Positions 20,691-29,495 of a stretch of DNA of 50,209 nt are shown here, piece by piece. The translations under genes and the position numbers were made by a program. The notes below the pieces were generated by a model. It ran no database searches, was not told the origin of the DNA, and saw nothing but the letters and a program-made list of their open reading frames with translations. Each line of letters begins with the position of its first letter. Within the stretch, counting starts at the first letter, position 1. The stretch is from Hyphomicrobiales bacterium (GTDB lineage: Bacteria > Pseudomonadota > Alphaproteobacteria > Rhizobiales > Aestuariivirgaceae): NCBI GenBank assembly GCA_023266715.1, contig JAHFPK010000001.1, positions 1-50,209 of the forward strand, read 5' to 3'.

Positions 20691-21908
20691 ATGACCACAG
20701 TCTCCGGAAAAACCATACTTCTCATCATTGGCGGCGGAATTGCCGCCTATAAATCCCTTGAATTGATCCGGCTGCTCACGGGCAAGGGCGTGGGCATTCG
20801 CACCATCATGACGAAGGCCGCGGAAGAATTTGTAACCCCTTTGTCGGTTGCCAGTCTCACCGGACAAAAGGTTCACACGGCGCTGTTCAGTCTCACCGAT
20901 GAAATTGAAATGGGCCATATTGAGCTGTCGCGCGCGGCAGACTTGCTGGTCGTGGCACCTGCCACGGCAGACCTCATGGCCAAGATGGCCCATGGCCATG
21001 CGAGTGATCTGGCCTCAACAACGCTTCTCGCCACGGACAAGCCCGTGCTGATCGCACCGGCAATGAATGTGCGGATGTGGCACCACGCGGCAACCCAGCG
21101 CAATCTGCAGCAATTGAAACGCGATGGCGTTCTCCTGGTTGGCCCCAATGAGGGGGATATGGCCTGCAGTGAATATGGGCTGGGGCGCATGGCGGAGCCT
21201 GCAGAAATCGTTGCTGCGATTGAAGCGGCGCTGGTTCCCAAGCCACAACCTCTTAAGGGCAAGAAAGTTCTGATCACCGCTGGGCCAACGCGTGAAGCCA
21301 TTGACCCCGTGCGTTACATTTCAAACTATTCTTCCGGCAAGCAGGGCTATGCCATTGCTGCCGCCGCAGTCGCTCTTGGGGCCGAGACGGTTTTGGTTTC
21401 GGGGCCTGTGGACCTTCCAATTCCTCCCGGCGTGCAGATGATCCCCGTGACAAGTGCTGTTGAAATGTTGGCTGCAAGCGAACGGGAGCTTCCCTCTGAC
21501 ATTGCCATCTTCACTGCGGCCGTTGCCGACTGGCGCGTGGCGAAGGAGAAAGATCAAAAGATCAAGAAGGACAAGAACGGCATACCAACACTGCAGTTCG
21601 AAGAAAATCCCGACATCCTGCAAACCATCGCCAAGCGCGCGTCGAAGCGCCCGAAAGTGGTTGTCGGCTTTGCCGCCGAGACTGAAAATCTTTTAGACAA
21701 TGCCCGTGACAAACTGAAGAAGAAGGGCTGTGACCTGATCGTTGCCAATGATGTGAGCAAGGAACGCGGGGTTTTTGGCGGAGAGCAAAACACCGTGCAG
21801 CTTGTCTCCGCATCCGGCGTTGAAAGCTGGGGGCTTATGTCAAAGCAGGATGTTGCGCAGCGCTTGATGAAACAACTCGCTGGGCAATTATCAACAGGCA
21901 AGGCATGA
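20691..21908 (+). CDS. coaBC: Phosphopantothenoylcysteine decarboxylase/synthetase
   Basis: [46 protein letters not shown]. Confidence 0.96.
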   Translation: MTTVSGKTILLIIGGGIAAYKSLELIRLLTGKGVGIRTIMTKAAEEFVTPLSVASLTGQKVHTALFSLTDEIEMGHIELSRAADLLVVAPATADLMAKMAHGHASDLASTTLLATDKPVLIAPAMNVRMWHHAATQRNLQQLKRDGVLLVGPNEGDMACSEYGLGRMAEPAEIVAAIEAALVPKPQPLKGKKVLITAGPTREAIDPVRYISNYSSGKQGYAIAAAAVALGAETVLVSGPVDLPIPPGVQMIPVTSAVEMLAASERELPSDIAIFTAAVADWRVAKEKDQKIKKDKNGIPTLQFEENPDILQTIAKRASKRPKVVVGFAAETENLLDNARDKLKKKGCDLIVANDVSKERGVFGGEQNTVQLVSASGVESWGLMSKQDVAQRLMKQLAGQLSTGKA

Positions 21909-22345
21909 CACCTGTGAAGATCATGCGGCTGGCCAATGGTGAAAACCTTCCGTTGCCGACCTATGAAACTCCGGGTGCTGCAGGCATGGATCTTCGTGCT
22001 GCGGAAGATACGGTTCTGAAACCTGGAGCGCGCTTTCTGATGCCAACGGGATTTGCCATTGCCCTTCCTGATCATTACGAGTTGCAGGTGCGCCCGCGTT
22101 CCGGCCTTGCCGTCAAGCATGGGGTTACGGTTTTGAATGCACCGGGCACGATCGACAGTGATTACCGCGGTGAAATCAAAGTGCCGCTGATCAATCATGG
22201 CACGGCTGACTTTGTCATCAAGAGAGGCGACCGCATCGCCCAAATGGTTGTCGCCGCTGTTGCCCGCGCAACTCTGCGGGAAGTTTCGGGTCTCGATGAT
22301 ACGGCGCGCGGTGACAATGGTTTTGGATCGTCGGGGGTCAGCTGA
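21905..22345 (+). CDS. dut: dUTP diphosphatase
   Basis: [36 protein letters not shown]. Confidence 0.97.
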   Translation: MTPVKIMRLANGENLPLPTYETPGAAGMDLRAAEDTVLKPGARFLMPTGFAIALPDHYELQVRPRSGLAVKHGVTVLNAPGTIDSDYRGEIKVPLINHGTADFVIKRGDRIAQMVVAAVARATLREVSGLDDTARGDNGFGSSGVS

Positions 22346-23154
22346 TGGCACTGTCACCAGATGAGCTTGAACGCTACGCCCGCCACATCGTGGTGCCCGA
22401 GGTCGGAGGGCCAGGGCAAGCCAAGCTCATCAATGCAAGTGTTCTTGTGATTGGTGCTGGGGGCCTTGGTGCACCGACACTGCTCTATCTTGCAGCGGCG
22501 GGTGTTGGCACCATTGGCATTTGCGATAACGACAAGGTCAGCCTTTCAAACCTCCAGCGGCAGGTTGTCCATACAACTGCACGGGTGGGTGAATACAAAA
22601 CAAAAAGCGCGCGCGCGACCTTGGAGGCCTTAAACCCTCATCCCAAAATTATTGAACATTGTCTGCGTCTCGATTCTTCCAACGCACTCGATATCATTCA
22701 GGGCTACGATATTGTCGTCGATGGCTGCGATAATTTCCCAACCCGGTTTCTGGTCAGCGACGCCTGTTATTTTGCGAGGAAACCACTGGTCTCTGCCGCC
22801 GTTGGGCAATTCGACGGACAGATTTCAACATTCAAGCCTTACGAAAACGCGCCCTCGGGCGAGCCGTGGCCAAGCTACCGCTGCTTCATTGGCGATCTTC
22901 CCGCGCGGGGGCTTTTTCCGGCCTGTGAAGAAGTGGGCATTCTGGGAGCTCTGCCCGGTATCGTCGGTTCCATGCAGGCCATGGAAGTGATCAAGGAAAT
23001 CCTGGGGATTGGGGAAAGCCTGGCGGGCCGCCTCGTGATGTATGACGCCCTGGCGACACGGTTCTATGAAACCAAACTGTCGTGGAACCCGGCCAATCCC
23101 CTGAATGGCAGCAAGGCCTCGATCACATCACTCGAATCCCAAAACTATATTTGA
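22345..23154 (+). CDS. moeB: MoeB/ThiF-family adenylyltransferase (molybdopterin synthase sulfurylase-like)
   Basis: RYARH, GAGGLG, SNLQRQ, DGCDNF. Confidence 0.88.
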   Translation: MALSPDELERYARHIVVPEVGGPGQAKLINASVLVIGAGGLGAPTLLYLAAAGVGTIGICDNDKVSLSNLQRQVVHTTARVGEYKTKSARATLEALNPHPKIIEHCLRLDSSNALDIIQGYDIVVDGCDNFPTRFLVSDACYFARKPLVSAAVGQFDGQISTFKPYENAPSGEPWPSYRCFIGDLPARGLFPACEEVGILGALPGIVGSMQAMEVIKEILGIGESLAGRLVMYDALATRFYETKLSWNPANPLNGSKASITSLESQNYI

Positions 23155-23156
23155 GA

Positions 23157-23176
23157 ATATAAAGAAATCTTTATGT
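23157..23176. promoter_or_regulatory. Palindromic operator upstream of ahcY, SahR-type
   Basis: ATAAAGA-AA-TCTTTAT perfect 7-bp inverted repeat (23159-23174), just upstream of the ahcY -35. Confidence 0.7.
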
Positions 23177-23181
23177 CCTTA

Positions 23182-23210
23182 TTGCCAGTCCGCGTGACGC
23201 CTGCTATAGG
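23182..23210 (+). promoter_or_regulatory. Putative sigma70 promoter of ahcY
   Basis: TTGCCA-N17-TATAGG. Confidence 0.6.
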
Positions 23211-23250
23211 CACGGCTTCAATCGCAAATTTCCTGTTTTGGAGCTCTCCC

Positions 23251-24657
23251 ATGGCCGCTTTCACTGACTACCACGTTGCCGACATTAAGCTTGCCGATTG
23301 GGGGCGCAAGGAACTCGACATGGCCGAAGTTGAAATGCCGGGCCTGATGTCCACCCGGGCCGAGTATGCCAAGTCCCAGCCCTTGAAGGGTGCGCGCATT
23401 TCCGGCTCACTCCACATGACGGTGCAGACCGCGGTTTTGATCGAAACATTGAAAGCGCTGGGTGCCGATATCCGCTGGGCCTCCTGCAACATATATTCAA
23501 CCCAGGACCATGCGGCCGCCGCCATTGCCGCCGCAGGCATTCCGGTTTTTGCCTTCAAGGGCGAGACCTTGAAAGAATACTGGCAATACACTGCAAAAAT
23601 ATTCGACTGGGCTGATGGCCAGACGACCAACATGATCCTTGATGATGGCGGCGATGCCACGCTTTACATTTTGCTGGGGGCAAAAGCTGAAACCGACCCG
23701 AAACTCATCGCGTATCCAAAGAGCGAAGAAGAAGAATGCCTCTATGCCGAGATTGCCAAGCGCCTGAAGGCCAGCCCCGGCTGGTTCAGCAAAGCGCGTG
23801 CTTCGATCATTGGCGTATCAGAGGAAACAACGACAGGAGTCCACCGCCTCTACGAATTGCAAAAGAAGGGCGAACTTCCCTTCCCCGCCATCAACGTGAA
23901 CGACAGCGTCACCAAGTCGAAGTTTGACAACAAGTATGGCTGCCGGGAATCCCTCGTCGATGCAATCCGGCGCGGCACGGACGTGATGATGGCCGGCAAG
24001 GTGGCGGTTGTTTGCGGCTATGGCGATGTGGGCAAGGGCTCGGCGCTTTCACTCCGGGGTGCGGGAGCCCGCGTGGTCGTGACCGAGGTTGATCCCATCT
24101 GCGCGCTGCAAGCGGCGATGGATGGATATTCGGTTCAGACGCTTTCAGATGTCATTTCTGATGCCGATATTTTTGTGACCGCGACCGGCAACAAGGATGT
24201 CATCACTGTCGATGACATGAAGCAGATGAAGGACATGGCCATCGTCTGCAACATCGGACATTTCGACAATGAAATCCAAGTTGCCGAATTGAAGAATTTC
24301 AAGTGGACCAATATCAAGCCACAGGTTGACCTCGTGCATTTCCCCAAGGGCAACCGGATTGTGCTTCTCTCGCAGGGCCGCCTCGTCAATCTCGGCAATG
24401 CTACAGGCCATCCCAGCTTTGTCATGTCAGCATCCTTTACCAACCAAACGCTGGCCCAAATCGAACTCTTCACCAATGCCAAGACCGGCAAATACAAAAA
24501 TGAAGTTTATGTGCTGCCGAAGCATCTCGATGAAAAGGTAGCAAGCCTTCATCTGGAAAAGCTTGGGGTCAAACTGACCAGGCTTCGCGATGACCAGGCG
24601 GCCTATATCGGGGTTGCACCAAAGGGCCCGTTCAAACCCGATTATTACCGCTATTAG
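23251..24657 (+). CDS. ahcY: Adenosylhomocysteinase (SAH hydrolase)
   Basis: [54 protein letters not shown]; RBS GGAG before ATG 23251. Confidence 0.97.
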   Translation: MAAFTDYHVADIKLADWGRKELDMAEVEMPGLMSTRAEYAKSQPLKGARISGSLHMTVQTAVLIETLKALGADIRWASCNIYSTQDHAAAAIAAAGIPVFAFKGETLKEYWQYTAKIFDWADGQTTNMILDDGGDATLYILLGAKAETDPKLIAYPKSEEEECLYAEIAKRLKASPGWFSKARASIIGVSEETTTGVHRLYELQKKGELPFPAINVNDSVTKSKFDNKYGCRESLVDAIRRGTDVMMAGKVAVVCGYGDVGKGSALSLRGAGARVVVTEVDPICALQAAMDGYSVQTLSDVISDADIFVTATGNKDVITVDDMKQMKDMAIVCNIGHFDNEIQVAELKNFKWTNIKPQVDLVHFPKGNRIVLLSQGRLVNLGNATGHPSFVMSASFTNQTLAQIELFTNAKTGKYKNEVYVLPKHLDEKVASLHLEKLGVKLTRLRDDQAAYIGVAPKGPFKPDYYRY

Positions 24658-24784
24658 GCCAGTCGTCGGGGGCCCGCCCAAGCTCCCATGAAGTAGTTCC
24701 GACACGCTATTTTTGAGTCTATATCTGCAGGTGGGACAGATGCGCGCTGATTCGGAGCGCATCTCGCAGGCGGCCGGAGAAAAA

Positions 24785-27259
24785 ATGCGGGAAGGCAACA
24801 GCACAATGAACGCACTCATGCGTCATACCGCGGTTGTTGTTTTCATTTGCCTTCCCAACACCAATGCCCTTGCCGCCTCTATCCGGCTTCCTGAGTTTGA
24901 CCCGTTCGCCAGTTTTCTGACCTTCGCGGCAATTGCCGTTTTTATCTGGGCCTTCATCGTTGTCAGAACAATGGGCCACAATGAAAACAAGGCGCGCCTG
25001 CGGATGAGTGAACTGGAGATCCGTCTCAACGAAGCGGAGTCGGCCTTTGCCGCCGAGGCCCATGTCATGATCGTCTGGCACGGGAAGCAAGACTTCCCCA
25101 GCCGCATCATCGGCAACATGTATGGCAGCGCCAAGGTTCCGTCGACGGTTGAGGACATGCTGAATTTTTCCGCCTGGCTTGAGGCTGATTCCAGCAACAT
25201 CATTGAAGATTGCATCAGAACGCTGCGAGAGATTGGAAAACCCTTCAACATCGGCGTTAAAACACTGCATAACGAGCTCCTCGAAGCGGACGGCCGCGCA
25301 GCCGGAGGTAGGGCGACGCTGCGTTTTCGGCCGCTTTCCGGTGAACGGCAGCAAATTACCGAACTCAACTATGATGCGCGAAAGCTGGGCATGCAGGTCG
25401 AGCGCTTAAGTGCGGTTCTTGACTCGGCTCCCTTGCCAATCTGGCTGCGTAACCCGGAAGGCAAGTTGAGTTGGGTCAACCGGGCCTATGTCAAAGCCGT
25501 TGAACTGCCCGACAGTGATGCTGTTCTCAAGTCCCTCATTGAGGTTGCGGCGCCGGACCGGATCGACACGACGAAAGCAGATCCCAAGGTTGGATTGCTG
25601 GGAAGGACCCACGCGGTTTTTGCCGGGGCCATGCGCGCGCTCAACATTCATGAAGTGGCCCTGCCGGAAGGCAAGGCCGGCTTTGCGGTGGATGTGTCGG
25701 CGCTGGAAGAAATCGAGAAGGAGCTTGACCGCCATATCAAGGCGCACGCCTCGACACTCAACAAGCTCGACACGGCCATTGCCATCTTCGGACCGGACCA
25801 GAAATTGCGCTTTCATAACATGGCATTTGCCCAGCTTTGGCCACTTGACGGGCAATGGCTCGATCTCCATCCCACCGATGGCGAAATTCTTGACCGCCTG
25901 CGGACCCAGCGCTGCATTCCGGAACAGGCCAACTACCGCGAATGGCGGGCACGGCAGCTTTCCTCCTACACAACGCTCGAAATGCGGGAAAGCTGGTGGT
26001 ACCTGCCCGATGGACGCTCGCTGCATGTGGTTTGCGAGCAGCATCCCTTCGGTGGAGTTACCTATCTGTATGAAAATGTCACAAAGGAAATTCAGCTCGA
26101 GAGCCGCTACAACGAGCTCATCGGGGTTCAGCGCGAAACGCTGGACAATTTAGAGGAAGCCATTGCGCTTTTTGGCTCCGATGGCCGCCTGAAGCTTTTT
26201 AATCCGGCTTTTTCAAAATTCTGGAGCTTTGAGAGGGAATTTCTGCAAAAGGACCCTCACATCGACCAGCTTGCCGGCGATGCCGGCGCAATGCAAGAAG
26301 CAGGTTCCGCCTGGCAGGAGATCAAATTTGGCGTCACCGGCATGGAATCGGAGCGCCGGGCCTTGCGGGGCCGTCTGACGGCCAGGGACCGGATTCTGCA
26401 ATACAGTTCTGTCCCCCTGCCGGACGGCAATACACTGCTGACCTTCTCGGATATTTCAGACCCAGCAAAAATGGAAAGGGCCTTGCGTGATCGTACCGAA
26501 GCCCTTGAAGCCGCTGACCGTCTCAAGAATGCCTTTCTCAGCAATGTGTCCTATGAAGTTCGTACACCTCTTACAAGCATCCTGGGGTTTGCTGAAACAC
26601 TGGACCTCGGACTGGTGGGTGAGCTTTCGCCAAAACAGCGGGAGTATATTCTCGATATCAAAAAGTCATCCGAGGAGCTAAAAGCCATTATTGACGCCAT
26701 CATCGACCTGTCCGCGATTGATGCGGGTGCTATGGAATTGAAGCTCGCCAAAATAGATGTTTCCACAATCCTGCAAGCGGCGGCCGAAAAACTGTCACCC
26801 GCAATGACCAGGCGCGATCAGACCCTGAGTATTGAGCTTGCCGAGGACTCTCTCTCTTTTGTTGGCGATACAATGCGGGTTGAACAAATCATTTCAAACC
26901 TGCTTTCAAATGCCATCGGATTCTCGGCCAGACACAGCCAAATTCGCATGGGTGCCAGACGCCTCGGGGCAAATATCCAGATCTGGATTGCCGATTCAGG
27001 CCGCGGCATTGATCCGGAATTTCAAAAGAAGGCCTTCGAAAGATTTCAGTCCAAGCCCCTGCCGGGCAGCCACCGGGGGCCAGGCCTTGGCTTGGCAATT
27101 GTGAAAAGCTTCACCGAACTTCACGGCGGCAATGTCTCGCTTATTTCCAAGCTTGACCGCGGAACCACAGTTGTGTGTAGCTTTCCAATTGATGGACCCG
27201 CCAGACAAGACCTCAAGAACGCCCAGGTTGAACGCATCAGCCCGCAACGCGTTGCCTGA
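24785..27259 (+). CDS. divL: DivL-type PAS-domain pseudo-histidine kinase
   Basis: N-terminal TM, multiple PAS-like repeats, H-box with Tyr instead of His (NVSYEVRTPL), HATPase_c domain; ahcY-divL-tsaE-murU-addBA context; RBS GGAGA before ATG 24785. Confidence 0.85.
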   Translation: MREGNSTMNALMRHTAVVVFICLPNTNALAASIRLPEFDPFASFLTFAAIAVFIWAFIVVRTMGHNENKARLRMSELEIRLNEAESAFAAEAHVMIVWHGKQDFPSRIIGNMYGSAKVPSTVEDMLNFSAWLEADSSNIIEDCIRTLREIGKPFNIGVKTLHNELLEADGRAAGGRATLRFRPLSGERQQITELNYDARKLGMQVERLSAVLDSAPLPIWLRNPEGKLSWVNRAYVKAVELPDSDAVLKSLIEVAAPDRIDTTKADPKVGLLGRTHAVFAGAMRALNIHEVALPEGKAGFAVDVSALEEIEKELDRHIKAHASTLNKLDTAIAIFGPDQKLRFHNMAFAQLWPLDGQWLDLHPTDGEILDRLRTQRCIPEQANYREWRARQLSSYTTLEMRESWWYLPDGRSLHVVCEQHPFGGVTYLYENVTKEIQLESRYNELIGVQRETLDNLEEAIALFGSDGRLKLFNPAFSKFWSFEREFLQKDPHIDQLAGDAGAMQEAGSAWQEIKFGVTGMESERRALRGRLTARDRILQYSSVPLPDGNTLLTFSDISDPAKMERALRDRTEALEAADRLKNAFLSNVSYEVRTPLTSILGFAETLDLGLVGELSPKQREYILDIKKSSEELKAIIDAIIDLSAIDAGAMELKLAKIDVSTILQAAAEKLSPAMTRRDQTLSIELAEDSLSFVGDTMRVEQIISNLLSNAIGFSARHSQIRMGARRLGANIQIWIADSGRGIDPEFQKKAFERFQSKPLPGSHRGPGLGLAIVKSFTELHGGNVSLISKLDRGTTVVCSFPIDGPARQDLKNAQVERISPQRVA

Positions 27260-27270
27260 GCCCTTAAACC

Positions 27271-28767
27271 ATGATCACTGAACACCGCTCCCTGTCTCTT
27301 TCGACTATGAAGGCCCTTGCCCAGGAGCTTTCGCTTTGGGCAAGGCCGGGCCTGGCAATCCACCTTTCGGGCGATCTGGGAGCTGGAAAATCTGTGTTTG
27401 CGCGGGCGTTTATCCGCGCATTGGCCCTGGACGACAGTGAGTTCGATATTCCAAGCCCTTCCTTTTCGCTGGTTCAATCCTACGACGCCATCCGGGTGCC
27501 GGTGGCGCACGTTGACCTTTACCGGATACAATCGAAAGCCGAAGTTGCTGAACTGGGGCTTGACGAGTTCAGCGCAAAATATTTGCTGATCATTGAGTGG
27601 CCGGAAAAGCTGCACGAGAACATCTCGTCCGATTGCCTCAAAATTTCGTTTTCGGGGTCAGGTGATATCCGCGATCTCAGATTTGACGCAACCGGAAAGT
27701 GGATTGAAATCCTCAAGCGCAATGAAACAATCAACCGCTTTGTAAAAAAGTCGAGGCTCAGCGGCGGGACGAGGCATTTCTTTGAAGGTGATGCCTCAAC
27801 CCGGCGCTATGAACGCGTGATGACTGACGCTGCAACAATGCTGTTGATGGATATGCCAAGCCGGCCTGATGGCCCGGTGGTTAGAAACGGCAAGAGCTAC
27901 AGCGCAATTGCCCATCTTGCCGAAGGCATTGGCGCGGTCGTTGCCATCAACGATTATCTTTTCAATCTCGATTACAGCGCCTCCAGGATTTACGATGTGG
28001 ATACCAGGGAGGGCATCGCCCTTATCGAACCACTGGGCAGCAATGTTTTCAGTAGAATGGTCGCACGTGGGGACGACATGCGCGAGCCCATGAAAGTTGC
28101 GGCCGAAGTCCTCGCTGATATGGCGAAAAGAGAATGGCCCAGCACCGTTCCCGTGCGCGGAAGCTCCCACCACAACATTGCTGCCTATGATCTTGATGCG
28201 ATGATGATCGAGGTTGACCTTCTGCCTTCATGGTTTTGGCCCTTGCATAAAAAATCTGAACCGGGCGACGAACTACGGGCGGAATTTTCCAACCTGTGGA
28301 ACACTCTCCTCGCAGACGTCAGTCCAGCCAAGCCAGTATGGACCCTGAGGGATTATCATTCACCCAATCTCCTCTGGATGCCTGAGCGCCACGGCCTCCG
28401 CCGCGTCGGGATCATCGATACGCAGGATTGTGTCATGGGGCACCCGGCCTATGACCTTGTCTCAATGCTGCAGGATGCCCGCATTGATGTAGATTTTGCG
28501 CGGGCCGATGAACTCTATGATTACTATTGCGACCTCCGCGCCGCCGCTGGCCGCTTCGACCGCCGTGAATTTTCGCGCGTGTTTGCAACTCTTGGGGCCC
28601 AGCGCGCCACAAAAATACTTGGAATTTTCGCGCGGCTTTCCAGGCGCGACGGAAAGCATGTCTATCTCAACCACATTCCCCGGGTATCCCGTTATCTCAA
28701 GCGCAACCTGGCACATCCTGATCTTGCCATTCTAAAAAATTGGTATGACAGGAACTTGCAGTTATAA
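27271..28767 (+). CDS. tsaE: Fusion of TsaE (t6A ATPase) and an AmgK-like phosphotransferase
   Basis: N-terminal GDLGAGKS, SPSFSLV, HVDLYR, IEW; C-terminal GDASTRRY, RDYHSPNL, IDTQD...GHPAYDLVS (APH/AmgK family). Confidence 0.9.
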   Translation: MITEHRSLSLSTMKALAQELSLWARPGLAIHLSGDLGAGKSVFARAFIRALALDDSEFDIPSPSFSLVQSYDAIRVPVAHVDLYRIQSKAEVAELGLDEFSAKYLLIIEWPEKLHENISSDCLKISFSGSGDIRDLRFDATGKWIEILKRNETINRFVKKSRLSGGTRHFFEGDASTRRYERVMTDAATMLLMDMPSRPDGPVVRNGKSYSAIAHLAEGIGAVVAINDYLFNLDYSASRIYDVDTREGIALIEPLGSNVFSRMVARGDDMREPMKVAAEVLADMAKREWPSTVPVRGSSHHNIAAYDLDAMMIEVDLLPSWFWPLHKKSEPGDELRAEFSNLWNTLLADVSPAKPVWTLRDYHSPNLLWMPERHGLRRVGIIDTQDCVMGHPAYDLVSMLQDARIDVDFARADELYDYYCDLRAAAGRFDRREFSRVFATLGAQRATKILGIFARLSRRDGKHVYLNHIPRVSRYLKRNLAHPDLAILKNWYDRNLQL

Positions 28768-28778
28768 GGCGGGGTGCA

Positions 28779-29492
28779 ATGACAGATACAATCGGCACCC
28801 ATGCCATGATACTTGCCGCGGGCCTTGGCTTGCGCATGCGGCCCTTGACCGATCATCGCCCCAAACCACTCATTGAAGTTGCAGGGAAACCCCTCATTGA
28901 CTACGGCATGGACCGGTTGCGGGAGGCGGGTGTTCAAAAGGCCGTGGTCAACGGCCACTATAGGGCTGAGCAGATATTGCTTTGGTCAAAGCAGCAGCGG
29001 GCCCCTGAGCTTTTGTTCTCCGATGAAAGAGCCGAAATTCTTGATACGGGCGGGGGCATTGCAAAGGCCCTGCCCTTGCTTGGCGAACAACCATTCTTCG
29101 TGCTCAACAGCGACAGCTTCTGGATCGAGGGCAAGGTTCCGGCGCTCAACCGGTTACGCGGCATCTGGAATGACGCAACGATGGATTGCCTTCTCCTGTT
29201 GTGCCACGTTGACCGTACCATTGGTTATGATGGCCGGGGGGATTTCCTCTTGGGGCGTGACGGGCGCCTCATCCGCCAACAGGGACCAGGGGCCCTTGCC
29301 TATATCGGCGGCTATCTCGTGCATCCTCGCCTTTTTGCCGGTGTTGCTGTAGAAAAATTCTCGATGAATGTTTTGTGGGACAAGGCAATTTCAGAGGGCC
29401 GCTTGCATGGCATCGCGCATAGCGGAAAATGGCTTCATGTGGGAACGCCAGCCGCCATTGTATTGGCCGAGGCCGAGCTCGCCAAGACCTAG
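28779..29492 (+). CDS. murU: MurU-like MurNAc-alpha-1-phosphate uridylyltransferase
   Basis: AMILAAGLGLRMRPLT..PKPL, DTGGG, WLHVGTP; follows the AmgK-like domain. Confidence 0.82.
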   Translation: MTDTIGTHAMILAAGLGLRMRPLTDHRPKPLIEVAGKPLIDYGMDRLREAGVQKAVVNGHYRAEQILLWSKQQRAPELLFSDERAEILDTGGGIAKALPLLGEQPFFVLNSDSFWIEGKVPALNRLRGIWNDATMDCLLLLCHVDRTIGYDGRGDFLLGRDGRLIRQQGPGALAYIGGYLVHPRLFAGVAVEKFSMNVLWDKAISEGRLHGIAHSGKWLHVGTPAAIVLAEAELAKT

Positions 29493-29495
29493 ATC

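Noticed and set aside
21162-21173. CoaBC ACSE instead of the usual ACGE
   Set aside because: Catalytic Cys retained; a single conservative change is too weak to interpret.
21554-22357. 267-aa minus strand ORF
   Set aside because: Lies entirely opposite coaBC/dut/moeB; no motifs.
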